A stretch of 64,000 nucleotides of DNA, taken from contig CAYYPK010000017.1 in assembly GCA_964473525.1 (NCBI GenBank), forward strand, positions 1,992 to 65,991, given 5' to 3'. Origin of the DNA: an uncultured bacterium (lineage in GTDB: Bacteria > Poribacteria > WGA-4E > GCA-2687025). Made by a program: the position numbers and the translations under genes. Positions 1-10,600 of this stretch are shown in pieces; within the stretch, counting starts at the first letter, position 1; each line of letters opens with the position of its first letter. The notes below the pieces were generated by a model. The model had not been told where the DNA came from. It worked only from the letters and a program-made list of their open reading frames with translations, and did not search any database.

Positions 1-1155
1 CCACGTCATCGGCCAGTTGTCTGAGCCCTCACCGATGCGGACCACGGATTCAGCGTCCGCCCAGCTCACGCGGCCGACCGCTGCGCTCGGTAGGTAAGGT
101 TCCTTGACGCCCTGCACGATGCGACTGAAGAAGCCCTCCACACGCCCTCCCCAATCGTCGTCCCAATCCTTGCCGCCGTCGGGACCGGGCAGATGTGAGG
201 CCTTCGACCCGGTCCCGAGCCGCACGGCGACGATGTCGAGGCTGGGGCAGAAGACGACGAAGCTGTCGCCCAGGCCCGACGCCCAGTAGGTGTCGCGGGG
301 CATCCGGGCGTACTCGCCGTTCTGGTTGGACCCCCAGTAGTAGGCGTAGTAGGACCACGGCGCGGGCAGGTAGGTCGGCCGCGTGGCGCGACCGAGGAAG
401 TCGGCAGAGAGTATCTGCTCGTCCCGCCACCGGCCGCCGCGAAGGTAGAGGTACCCGATGCGAGCCAACGCCTCGTACGTGATCGTGATGCCAGACGCGA
501 ACTCGCGGTTGTCGAGGCCGCCGACAGTCTTGGGGCGATAGGCGTTGCCTCGCCAGCGCCACTGCGAAGACGGCGTGTCGATGCGGTCCATGACTTCGCG
601 CTTCGCGACCGCTCGTAGATCCTCGCCGAAACGGAGGGTGAGGAGCTCCGCGAGTATGTTGGACGTGTCGTTGCTGTATTCGCCGGCAGAGCCGGGCTCA
701 CGCACGAGGCGCGCGGGTCTCTCGTTGTCGAAGCCTGCCGTCATCGTCGCGAGTTGGCGCACGGTGACGTCTTCGAGCCATGTCCTATCGTCCGCTTCGG
801 CGCCACCCAAGCCCGGGTAGTGTGTGGTGGCGGGGTCGTCGGAGGACACGAGACCCCGATCTATGGCGACACCCAGCAGCGTGACGCCGAAGGAGCCCTT
901 CGTCGCCGACTTTATATCGGCGCGGTACTCGGGGTCGCCCCACTCCGACACGATGTACCCGTGTCGCACGACGCAACCGGCGCCTCCACCGTGGCTCCCG
1001 GCGTATTCGGCGGCGTCTTTGACCGCCTCTGCTGACAACCCCTGGGTCTCCGGCGCCGAGCGCTCCCACTCGTCGGCTGGATATACCCAGGCTCCCGCCG
1101 CATGCGCGATCACGAACGGACACAACGCCAGGAACGCGACAAGCGGCAGAAGCAT
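1..1155 (-). CDS. Serine hydrolase of the beta-lactamase/transpeptidase-like family. N-terminal part only; the 3' end runs off the window start.
   Basis: Manual minus-strand translation from the ATG at 1153-1155 gives MLLPLVAFLALCPFVIAHAAGAWVYPADEW..., a signal-like N-terminus. An SxxK motif (IKSATKGSF) follows about 70 aa in. The frame stays open to position 1. It is absent from the ORF track because there is no stop in the window. The track ORFs 50..562 and 66..701 are other frames of this gene. Confidence 0.65.
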   Translation of the reverse strand, partial: MLLPLVAFLALCPFVIAHAAGAWVYPADEWERSAPETQGLSAEAVKDAAEYAGSHGGGAGCVVRHGYIVSEWGDPEYRADIKSATKGSFGVTLLGVAIDRGLVSSDDPATTHYPGLGGAEADDRTWLEDVTVRQLATMTAGFDNERPARLVREPGSAGEYSNDTSNILAELLTLRFGEDLRAVAKREVMDRIDTPSSQWRWRGNAYRPKTVGGLDNREFASGITITYEALARIGYLYLRGGRWRDEQILSADFLGRATRPTYLPAPWSYYAYYWGSNQNGEYARMPRDTYWASGLGDSFVVFCPSLDIVAVRLGTGSKASHLPGPDGGKDWDDDWGGRVEGFFSRIVQGVKEPYLPSAAVGRVSWADAESVVRIGEGSDNWPMTW

Positions 1156-1180
1156 GTGTGGCTCCCTGTGGCGGCCGAGG

Positions 1181-1413
1181 TTAGCCCTTCCTGGCGCCGG
1201 ACACGCCAGCCAGCACGCCGACGAGCAGGCCGACTTTCAGCGCCGTAAGCCAGGAGATCGTGGCGGCGACGTACCCCTCCTCCACGGCCCGAGGGAACAG
1301 GTCCGGGACGGTCCACTCCCACAGGAGCTTGACGAGCAGGAGCGTGAACACGAACGCGATCAGCGCAAACATACAACCGGCGGGTATGGCGACCGCCCTC
1401 CATAGCGTGCGCA
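1181..1413 (-). CDS. Small hypothetical membrane protein of about 77 aa
   Basis: The internal Met of track ORF 1181..1489 gives MRTLWRAVAIPAGCMFALIAFVFTLLLVKLLWEW..., two predicted TM helices. It is co-directional with, and 26 nt upstream of, the serine hydrolase gene. Confidence 0.4.
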
Positions 1414-1631
1414 TGGGATGTCTCCGGCGGGCCACGGGGCAGAGAACGCCTGACGGAAGGAGCATAGGTCGAGGGTCGGGCGCTGGCAACGTCCTGCAAG
1501 ACGCGAGTCACGGGAACGGCTCATCCCCCAAGCTATCGCCGCCCTGACGGTGTATAGTTCAGGCGACTTGACCGCCCGGTATTGGCAGAGAAGTTGCACG
1601 GCTAAGACGACACGACGGAGAAGGACGGGCA

Positions 1632-2348
1632 TTGGCTGATTGGCTGCGCATAGCGCATCGCGGCGCGTCGGGACACGCGCCGGAGAACACTCTGGCGGCG
1701 TTTCGTAAGGCGGTGGACATGGGCGTCGACGGCATTGAGATGGACGTCCGTCTCACATCCGACAACGAGGTGATCGCCCTCCACGACTCGTCGCTGAACA
1801 GAACCACGGACGCCACCGGAGAAGTGTCGGAGATGCCGCTCGCCGATATCCGTCAAGCGAACGCAGGCGAGGGCGAGCGGGTGCCCACGCTTGCCGAAGC
1901 CCTGGAGGCGATCCCGCCGGACATTCTCGCGTTCGTCGAGATCAAGGCGATCGAAGCGACCCGGCATGCCGTGCGGATCGTGCAGGAGATGGACAGACTT
2001 GATCAGGCCGTCATCATCTCGTTCAACGCCGACGCGTTGCGTATGCTGCGCGCGTTGGACTCGCGCCTGCCGATGGGTCTGCTCCTCGGCGGAGCGATGG
2101 GAACGTACAACAAGGCGTCGTCGGTCGGTCTCGACCTGCTCCACCGCGCGCAAGCGGCCGGCACTTCGACGGTCAGCGCCAACTGGCAGCTGCTGACGCC
2201 GAGTACTGTCAGCGAGGTCCGGCGGCGCGGCGGCTCCGTGTGGACGTGGACTGTCAACGACGTCGACGACATCCGACGCGTCGCCGACATGGGCGTGCAA
2301 GCGATCACGTCCGACTACCCCGACAGGCTGAATGAGGCGCTCTCGTAG
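1632..2348 (+). CDS. Glycerophosphodiester phosphodiesterase (GDPD family)
   Basis: Shows IAHRGASGHAPENT and DGIEMDVRLTSDNEVIALHD, GDPD-family features. A TTG start at 1632 matches the track. The stop TAG at 2346-2348 abuts the next ATG. Confidence 0.85.
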   Translation: MADWLRIAHRGASGHAPENTLAAFRKAVDMGVDGIEMDVRLTSDNEVIALHDSSLNRTTDATGEVSEMPLADIRQANAGEGERVPTLAEALEAIPPDILAFVEIKAIEATRHAVRIVQEMDRLDQAVIISFNADALRMLRALDSRLPMGLLLGGAMGTYNKASSVGLDLLHRAQAAGTSTVSANWQLLTPSTVSEVRRRGGSVWTWTVNDVDDIRRVADMGVQAITSDYPDRLNEALS

Positions 2349-3683
2349 ATGCCACCATCGTCCCTGCAATCCGCGATCGAGCCGTTCCTTCGCCGCGCGC
2401 GTTGGCGGGCGACAGCGCGCGGCGCGGTAGACGGGACGATGGTTGGGGCGGCTATCGCCGCGTGCGCGCTCGCCTCGGGTCGGCTGTGGGACGTCGGTGG
2501 GCCGCCACTCGCCACGGTCGGGCTCGCGGGATCGCTGGTCTTTGGCGTCGTAGCGGCCCGCTGGCGGATGCCGGCGCCGCCGCGACTGCTCGCCTCGTTG
2601 GACGCCGAGCTGGGCCTGAAGGCACGTGTCCGCACCGCTTGGGAGTCGGAGGCCTCCGGCGACCCAAACCCTCTCGTCGAGGCGCAGATCCGCGACGCCA
2701 TCGGCAGGCTTAGCCTTCGCGCGACGCGCGATTGGATACCACGCCTCCTGCCGCGTAGAGCGTGGGGGATTCCAGTGGTCGTCGTCCTCGCGGTCGCGAC
2801 GCTGCTACTGCCGTCGCGCGGCGAAGCGGAGCCACAACTCAGCAATCAGCAGCGCCAGGCAGTCACGCGAGCCGCGGAGGCGTTGGGCGACGACGAGGCG
2901 TTAGCCGAACGGCTGCGGGAGGCGGCCACGGTAGACGAGGCTCTGGCCGCGCTCGCTGACGTCGAGGCGCGTGTCGAGGCGCATGAGGAGAGTCGCCGCG
3001 CGCTGGGCGCGACGCGCGAGGCCCTACGCAACATAGCGGACGGCCCTAGCCCAGCCGACGCCTTGCGTGACGTGGCGGCGACGTCCTACCCAGAGTTGCA
3101 GGACCAACTCCGCGCGCTGCGCGCCAAGCTCGCCCGCAATGCAACGACTGCGGGATTGGCGCAGGCGCTGGAGGAGGTAGGGACGCGCGACGTGACGGAG
3201 ACCACCCTCAGAAAGATCGTCGAGGAGTTGCGCAAGCTGGAGGACGCCGCTGGCACGGAGCCTCTGGCGTCTCTGGACGAGATACGCGAGCAGAAGCGCG
3301 CGGTCGCCCTGGCCGCGATAGACGCGCAAGAAGGCGGCACGAACGCGCGTACAGACGGCGTAGCGGGAACCGAGACGGGCCAAATGACCGCGCAGGGGTC
3401 GCGTCTGGAGGATGTCGCCGCCGCGCGAGAGGCCGCAGACGCCATGCTGCTCGAGAGCATGGAGTCCTCGTCGCTGCGGGAAAGCCGAGTGCAAACGAGA
3501 AGGCGAGACGAGAACGGCCTCGCGTTGGAGGCGGAGCTCATGCCGTTCCGCGAAGCCGTGGCGAACGCGCGGGCGGGAGTGGCATACGCGGTGCAGAACA
3601 ACGAACTCCCCGCAGCCTATCGCGACAGGATTCGCCGGTACTTCGACGCACTACAGGAGATCGCCGAGGAGGACGCGCCGTGA
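2349..3683 (+). CDS. Hypothetical membrane-anchored coiled-coil protein translationally coupled to MoxR
   Basis: Two N-terminal hydrophobic segments are followed by about 330 aa rich in Ala, Glu, Leu and Arg, predicted helical. No vWA/MIDAS motif is seen. Its stop TGA (3681-3683) overlaps the ATG (3680) of the MoxR gene. Confidence 0.55.
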   Translation: MPPSSLQSAIEPFLRRARWRATARGAVDGTMVGAAIAACALASGRLWDVGGPPLATVGLAGSLVFGVVAARWRMPAPPRLLASLDAELGLKARVRTAWESEASGDPNPLVEAQIRDAIGRLSLRATRDWIPRLLPRRAWGIPVVVVLAVATLLLPSRGEAEPQLSNQQRQAVTRAAEALGDDEALAERLREAATVDEALAALADVEARVEAHEESRRALGATREALRNIADGPSPADALRDVAATSYPELQDQLRALRAKLARNATTAGLAQALEEVGTRDVTETTLRKIVEELRKLEDAAGTEPLASLDEIREQKRAVALAAIDAQEGGTNARTDGVAGTETGQMTAQGSRLEDVAAAREAADAMLLESMESSSLRESRVQTRRRDENGLALEAELMPFREAVANARAGVAYAVQNNELPAAYRDRIRRYFDALQEIAEEDAP

Positions 3684-4672
3684 GCGACAACTCCGTCGAA
3701 GCGCGTGTCGCTCGTTTCGGAGACGACTACAACGCGGCCCGTGAGGAGATCGAAAAGGTCATCGTCGGGCAGACGGACGTTGTCGACGGTGTGCTAACCG
3801 CGATCTTCGCCTCGGGACACGTGCTGTTAGAGGGCGTGCCGGGGCTGGGCAAGACGTCCCTCGTCCGCGCGTTGGCGGAGACGCTTCGTCTGGACTTCAA
3901 GCGCGTGCAGTTCACCCCCGACTTGATGCCCTCCGACGTCACCGGGACGCGCGTGCTCGTCGAGTCGCGGGACGGTCATAGAGAGTTCGAGTTCCAGCGG
4001 GGGCCGCTCTTCGCGAACCTCGTCCTCGCCGATGAGATCAACCGCGCCTCGCCTCGTACACAGTCGTCCCTGCTGGAAGCGATGCAGGAGCGGTCGGTGA
4101 GCGACGGCGTGACAACGTACGAACTCGACGCGCCGTTCTTCGTCATGGCGACGCAGAACCCGCTGGATATGGAGGGGACGTACCCGCTGCCCGAGGCGCA
4201 GTTGGACCGCTTCCTGTTCAAGCTCCTCGTGCCGTTCCCAACGGCGGACACGCTCGCAACGGTCCTGGAACGCACGACGGCGAACGAGCCGCCCCACGCG
4301 TCGCCCGTACTGGAACGCGACGCCATCCTCAGCCACCAGCGCCTCGCACGCGAGGTGGTGATTGCCTCGCACGTCCGCGACTACGTGATCCGCCTCACGC
4401 TGGCGACACATCCACACTCGGAGCACGCCCCGGAGTCGGTGCGTGAATACGTGGCGTACGGAGCCAGCCCACGCGGAGCGCAGGCGTTAGAGCTAGCCGC
4501 GAAGGTTCGCGCGCTTCTGGACGGCAGGCTCAACGTCGACTTCGACGACGTGCGCGCGGTTGCGCTGCCCGCGCTGCGCCATCGTGTCCTACTCAATTTC
4601 GAGGGGTCCGCGGAGAGGGTCGAGCCGGACGCGCTCGTGACCGACGCGCTGGCAGCCGTCCAGGCTACTTGA
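3680..4672 (+). CDS. MoxR-family AAA+ ATPase
   Basis: Walker A LLEGVPGLGKTSL, LADEINRASPRTQSSLLEAMQE (Walker B and sensor region) and a length of about 330 aa are all typical of MoxR. The 3' end overlaps the convergent giant gene by 8 nt. Confidence 0.9.
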   Translation: MSDNSVEARVARFGDDYNAAREEIEKVIVGQTDVVDGVLTAIFASGHVLLEGVPGLGKTSLVRALAETLRLDFKRVQFTPDLMPSDVTGTRVLVESRDGHREFEFQRGPLFANLVLADEINRASPRTQSSLLEAMQERSVSDGVTTYELDAPFFVMATQNPLDMEGTYPLPEAQLDRFLFKLLVPFPTADTLATVLERTTANEPPHASPVLERDAILSHQRLAREVVIASHVRDYVIRLTLATHPHSEHAPESVREYVAYGASPRGAQALELAAKVRALLDGRLNVDFDDVRAVALPALRHRVLLNFEGSAERVEPDALVTDALAAVQAT

Positions 4673-7600
4673 GCACGACCATCCTGCCGTAGCGCGACTC
4701 CGCTCCCGCGCGCAACACGTAGATGTACGTGCCGCTGGCTGCCGTCTCACCCAGCGTGTTCCGACCGTCCCAATGCGCGGCGTTCTCGCGCGTGACGTGT
4801 CGCCCCGCGACGCGGTGGCCGAGATCGATGACCCGCACCATCTCGCCGGTCGTCGCGTATATCTCGATGCTCACGCGCGAGTCCTCGTTCAGCTCGAAGG
4901 GAATCCACGTCTCGGGGTTGAAGGGGTTCGGGTAGTTCGGTAGCAGCGCCGTCGTCGCCGGCACGTCACGGACGAGCCTCGCCATCAGTTCCTGACGCCC
5001 GGCTGGCACGGCCGCCGAGCCTCGCCTCGCCAGATCATGCGTCCCGCCGTATGCCGACAGAGAGATGCGGTATCCTGGCGGCGGGGCGCTCCCGGCCCAG
5101 CGCAGAACGCCCGCGTCCGGGGCGTTCACCACGACCCGCCACTCGGCGCCCTCCGTATCGGCGGGCTTTATGCTCTGCGTGAGACGCGCGACGACATCGT
5201 CCGTCGCGATGTAGAGCGCCGCCCTGGATCCCTGGATAGGAGCCGGGGGCTGCGGCATATCCATCGCGTCGTATCCCGAGGAAGCCTCTGCCGACAGACC
5301 AAGCGTTACGGAGCGAGCCAGCGAGTCGACTCCAGACAGCGCCAGCGTTGCGCTCCAGTCCGGGGTCTCGACATCCGGCGCCGGGTAGAACTGAGTCGTC
5401 GTGCCGGACAGGTGGCGCGCTTGCGTGAGCGTGACGACGCTGTCCGTCGAGTCTGGGTTCAGCGCCCAGTAGCCCTGCCCCTCGGTCAGACTCGTGACGG
5501 CGGCGTACGCCCCTGCGCTGTCGAAGCTGAAGACGCGGTTCGTCGCCCCTCCCGTTAGCAGGCTCGCGGGGGTTACGCCCCACGATTCCGAGTCGTTCTG
5601 CGTTGCTGGCGCGCCTACGAGGTTCCAGCCGGGGCTCAGCGTGACCGATGTCTGCCGCGCGCTCGCGGTGTCCACGTCAAGTTCCAGGGACACGGTCGTC
5701 GTGGCGTCCGAGAACAGGAAGATACCGGTTGACACGGCGTCTACCGCCGACAGGTCCGTCACACCCTCGTACACCTCGCTCGAGGCGTTCCACGTGAAGG
5801 CCGACAGGTTCGCCGCCTCAAGGGCTGTCAGGTCTCCCGCCCCTGGCAACGACAGGAGATGCCAGGTGTCCGCCGTCAGGGAGATATCGACCGGCACGGT
5901 CGTCCGCACGGATGTCTTGTCGACCATGAGCGTCCACGTCTCACTGCTGGACGCCAAGACCGTGCTCGTGAACCCGTTGTTCGCAGCGCTGAGGCTGTAC
6001 GTCTCGCCACTGGAGGCAACGAGGAGAGCGTTGTTGAACGAGCCCGCCGCCGAGAGCAGGGCGTCGATATCCGCCTGTGTCCAAGAGATAGTGACGTCCG
6101 CGTCCTGCGCCGTGAGCTCGTCGACGACCAGGCTCCACTCGAGGGAGTCGCCCGCTGGCGTCGCTAGGATGTCCCGCTCGAGATCGGAGCCAGAGCGCGA
6201 GAACGCCGCGTTGATTATCGAACCGCCACCAGCGGACGCGATGTCGGCAAACGCCGTGTCGACAGCGTCGGACGCGCTCGCCGAGAAACCGAAGGACACG
6301 ACGTGGCTCTCGCCGCCGGAAGCAATCGTCAAGCTCGCCTCCGTGACGGACACAACGGTCACCGTGAACGTCGTCGTGCCGCTCTGTGGGTCGCTCCCGC
6401 CGGCCGTCGTGCCGTCGTCCTGAGCGGTCACGGTGATCGTGGCGCTGCCGGTGGCGTCAGCGACGGGCGTGAACGTCAGCGTGGGGTCCGAGCCGCCTTC
6501 CGTGAAGGGCGACCCGCTGATCGTCGGGTGCGGCACGACGCTGGTCGTGTCGCTGGTCGCCGATATCGTGAGGCTCTGCGTGTCCTCGTCGGACCCACCA
6601 CCGGCGTCGATGCCGGACAGCGTGATCGTGACCGAGCCCAGATCCTCGCCGACCGTCTGATCGGCGACCGCGGTGAACGTCGGCGCGTCGTTGGCTTCGC
6701 TGACGGTCACGCTGACCGTCGCCGCCGCGCTATCCGCCTGTCCGTCGTTCACGGTGAATTCGAACGTGTCGGAGCCGGCGAAGTCCGCTGTCGGTGTGTA
6801 CGTAACGTCGGGCGCCGTGCCGGTTAGCGCGCCGTTGGTCGGCTGTGTAGTCACGGTGTACGTAAGCGTGTCGCCGTCGGCGTCCGTCCCAGCAAGCGCG
6901 ATCGCGAGCGCCGTGTCCTCGGTCGCCGTCACCGACTGCGCCGTTGCGACGGGCGTGGTGTCGTTGTCCGTGATAGTAACGGTGTGCGAGCTCTGCGCGC
7001 CCTCCGTCGCGTTCACCAGAGACGCTCCGTCAAGCGTGGCGATGACGGTCTCGTCGCCTTCCTCCGTCGTGTCGTCAATCACGCTGAACGATGCGGACGC
7101 GCTCGTCGCGCCTGCGGAGATAACGACGCTTGCCGCAGCCAGGCTGTGATCCACGCTGCCACCACTCGCCGTGCCTCCGACGGTGAACGGGGCGGTGACA
7201 TCTCGGCCGCTTGCCGCGCTCAACTCGACCGAGAAGGAGACGGAACCGTCACCCTCGCCGACCGTCTGCGACGCGGACGAGAAAGCCACCGTGGGCGATG
7301 CGTCGTCGTCCGCGACAGTCGTGGTGTGCTCGGTCACGACACCAGCCGTCGCGTTCACGATCGACCCCGTCGTCATCGTGACGACGATCGTCTCATCGTC
7401 CTCGTCCAGCGAGTCGGCGATCAACGAGGCGGTGATGTTGGCGGTGGTCAGTCCGGCGGTGACGGTGAGACTGCCGTCCGCCAGGTCGTGGTCTACGGAC
7501 CCAGCCGTCGCCGATCCCGACACGGTGTACGGCACCGTGATATCGAAGGCGCTCGCGATGTCCAGCGCCACGGCGATGGTGAGTGTCCCGTCGGCCTCGC

Positions 7601-10600
7601 CTACGGTCTGCGAGGACACGTCGAACGCGACGGACGCGTCATCGTTGTCCGTGATCGTCAGCGTGTGCGTCGTCGTCGCGCCCGCTCCGGCGTTGACAAG
7701 TGAGCCGGTCGTCATGGACACGATGGCCGTCTCGTCGCCTTCGTCCACGGCGTCGTCGGTGACTGTCAGGGTGAGGGAGCCCGTCGCCGACCCTGCGCTC
7801 ACCGTCAAGCTGCCCGCCGCGAGGTCGTGGTCCGCCCCGCCGCCCGTCGACGTGCCTGACACGGTGTAGGGGATCGTGACGTCGCGCCCACTGACGGCGT
7901 TCAGAGTCACCCCGATGGCGACGGCTCCCGCGCTCTCCGCGGCCGTCGCAGTGGACGCGTCGAACGTCACCGTTGGCGACGCATCGTCGTCCGTGATTGT
8001 CAGTGTGTGGGTCGTCGTCGCGCCCGCCGACGCGTTCACGAGCGAGCCCGTCGTGACCGAGACGACAATGGTCTCGTCGTCCTCGTCCAGAGCGTCGTCC
8101 GAGAGCGTGAGGCTAACCGATCCCGTTGTTGCCCCAGCGAATAGAGTCAGGCTGCCATCCGCCAGATCGTGATCCACTCCTGATCCCGCTGACGTGCCCG
8201 ACACGGTGTACGGGATCGTGGCGTCAAGCCCGCTCGCGGCGCTGAGGCTGACGCTGATCGCGATGGCGCCCGCGGTCTCGGCAGACGTGGACGCCGATGC
8301 GTCGAACGTCACGGTGGGAGCAGCGTCATCGTCGGTGACGGTCACCGTGTGGGTCGTCGTCGCGCCCGCGGACGCGTTGACCAGCGACGCCGTAGTCATG
8401 GCGACGACCACCGTCTCGTCGTCTTCGTTCAGCGAGTCCGCTGTCACGGCGAAGGCGATCGAGCCACTCGTGTCGCCTGCGTTGATCGTAAGAGAGCCGT
8501 CCGCGAGGTCGTGATCCGTCCCCGAGTCGGTCGCCGTCCCCGAGACAGTGTACGGGACCGTCACGTCGAACGCGCTCTCGATGCTCAGCGCGACAACGAC
8601 GCTCACCGACCCGACCGACTCGACGACCGTCTGCGTCGCGGCGGAGAACGCCACGGTGGCGGTGTCGTCGTCCGTCACCGTCATCGTGTGCGCGGTGGTC
8701 GCGCCCGCGCTGGCGTTCACGAGGGAGCCCGTCGTCATCGATGCGATGATCGTCTCGTCCGACTCGTCGATGGCGTCGTCCGTGACAGCCACGCTGATCG
8801 TAGCCGTTGTGGCGCCCGCGCTGACTGTCAGGCTACCGTCCGCGAGATCGTGATCCGTCCCGCTTCCCGTGGTCGTGCCGGACACCGTGTAGGGGATCGT
8901 GGCATCCAGGCCGCTCGCGGCGCTGAGGCTAACGCCTATTGTGACCGTCCCGTCGCTCTCCGCCACGGTGGAGGAGGACACGTCAAAGGTGACCGTAGGC
9001 GCGGCGTCATTGTCCGTGATCGTCAGTGTGTGCTCCGTAGTCGCGCCGGCCGTGGCGTTCACAAGAGACCCGGTCGTCATCGTCACGACCACGGTCTCGT
9101 CGGACTCGTCGAGCGCGTCGTCGGTCACTGTCAGGGAGGCGGAGGCGCTTGTCGCTCCGGCGACTACCGTCAGGCTGCCGTCGGCGAGATCGTGGTCCGT
9201 GCCGCCGCCCGTGGCCGTTCCCGACACCGTGTACGGGATCGTGACGTCCAGGCCGCTGGCGGCGCTCAGGCTGATGCCGACCGTGACCGCGCCGGCGCTT
9301 TCGACGGCGGAGGATGTCGCGGCATCGAACGCCACGGTGGGCGCGGAATCGTTGTCCGTGATCGTGAGCGTGTGCTCTGTCGTGGCGCCCGCCGTGGCAT
9401 TTGTGAGAGAGCCGGTCGACATGGTGACGGCGACCGTCTCATCACCCTCATGGAGCGAGTCCATCGTGATGGAGATGTCCACGCTGCCGGTTGTCGCCCC
9501 GGCGAGTATCGTCAGGGTTCCGTCCGCGAGGTCGTGATCCGTGCCGGACCCCTCCGCCGTGCCAGACACGGTGTACGGGATGGTGACGTCGAGGCCGCTC
9601 GCGGCGCTCAGGCTAGCAGCGATGGAGACCGATCCGGCGCTCTCCGTTGCCGTCGAGCTGGCTGAGTCGAACGCCACGGTGGGCGCCGCGTCGTCATCGG
9701 TAATCGTCAGCGTGTAGACCGTGGTAGCGCCGGCAGATGCGTTCGACAGCGACCCGGTGGTCATCGACACTATCGCCGTCTCATCGCCCTCGTTGAGCGC
9801 GTCATCGACGATCGTCAGCGTGAGGCTGCCCGTCGTCGCGCCCGCGCTGATCGTCAGACTACTGTCGGCAAGGTCGTGATCCGTGCCGGAGCTCGTCGCC
9901 GTGCCCGACAGCGTGTAAGGCATCGACACGTCCAGCCCGCTGGCGGCGCTGAGCGTGACGCCTATCGTCACCGCGCCAGCGCTTTCCGCAGCGGTCGCCG
10001 CGGACGCGTCGAACGTCACGGTCGGTGTGGCATCATCGTCGGTGATAGTCAGCGTGTGCGCGGTGACGGCTCCAGCGGACGCGTTCGTCAACGACCCCGT
10101 CGTCATCGTCACGATGACCGTCTCGTCGTCCTCGTCCAATGCATCTGCCGTAAGGGCGACGCTCAGCGATCCCGTCGTCGCCCCCGCGCTGATGGTCAGG
10201 CTGCCGTCAGCGAGGTCGTGGTCCGTGCTCGATCCGGTAGCCGTTCCTGAGATCGTGTAGGGCATCGTGACGTCGAACGCGCTGGCCGCGCTCAGGCTGA
10301 CGCCGATGGTGACCGTACCATCGCTTTCGGCAGCGGCTGAGGTCGACGCGTCGAACGTGATTGCCGCTGCGTCGTCGTCGTCGGTGACGGTCGCTGTGTG
10401 CGTTGTGACAGCGCCGGCGCTGGCGTTGACGAGTGAACCTGTCGTCATCGTGACGATGGCCGTCTCGTCCTCCTCGTCCAGCGCGTCGTCCGTGACCGTG
10501 AAGCCGATCACCTCGGCGGTGGAACCAGCCAAGATGGTCAGCGTGCCGTCCGTGAGGTCGTGGTCCGTGCCGGATCCCGTCGCCGTGCCTGAAACGGTGT

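Noticed and set aside
50-701. Track ORFs 50..562 (-) and 66..701 (-)
   Set aside because: These are alternative frames overlapping the manually translated serine-hydrolase gene (1..1155, minus). Their products are Arg/Pro-rich low-complexity.
4665-4672. The 8-nt convergent overlap of the MoxR and giant-gene stop codons as a regulatory feature
   Set aside because: Small convergent overlaps are common in compact GC-rich genomes. No structure is evident.
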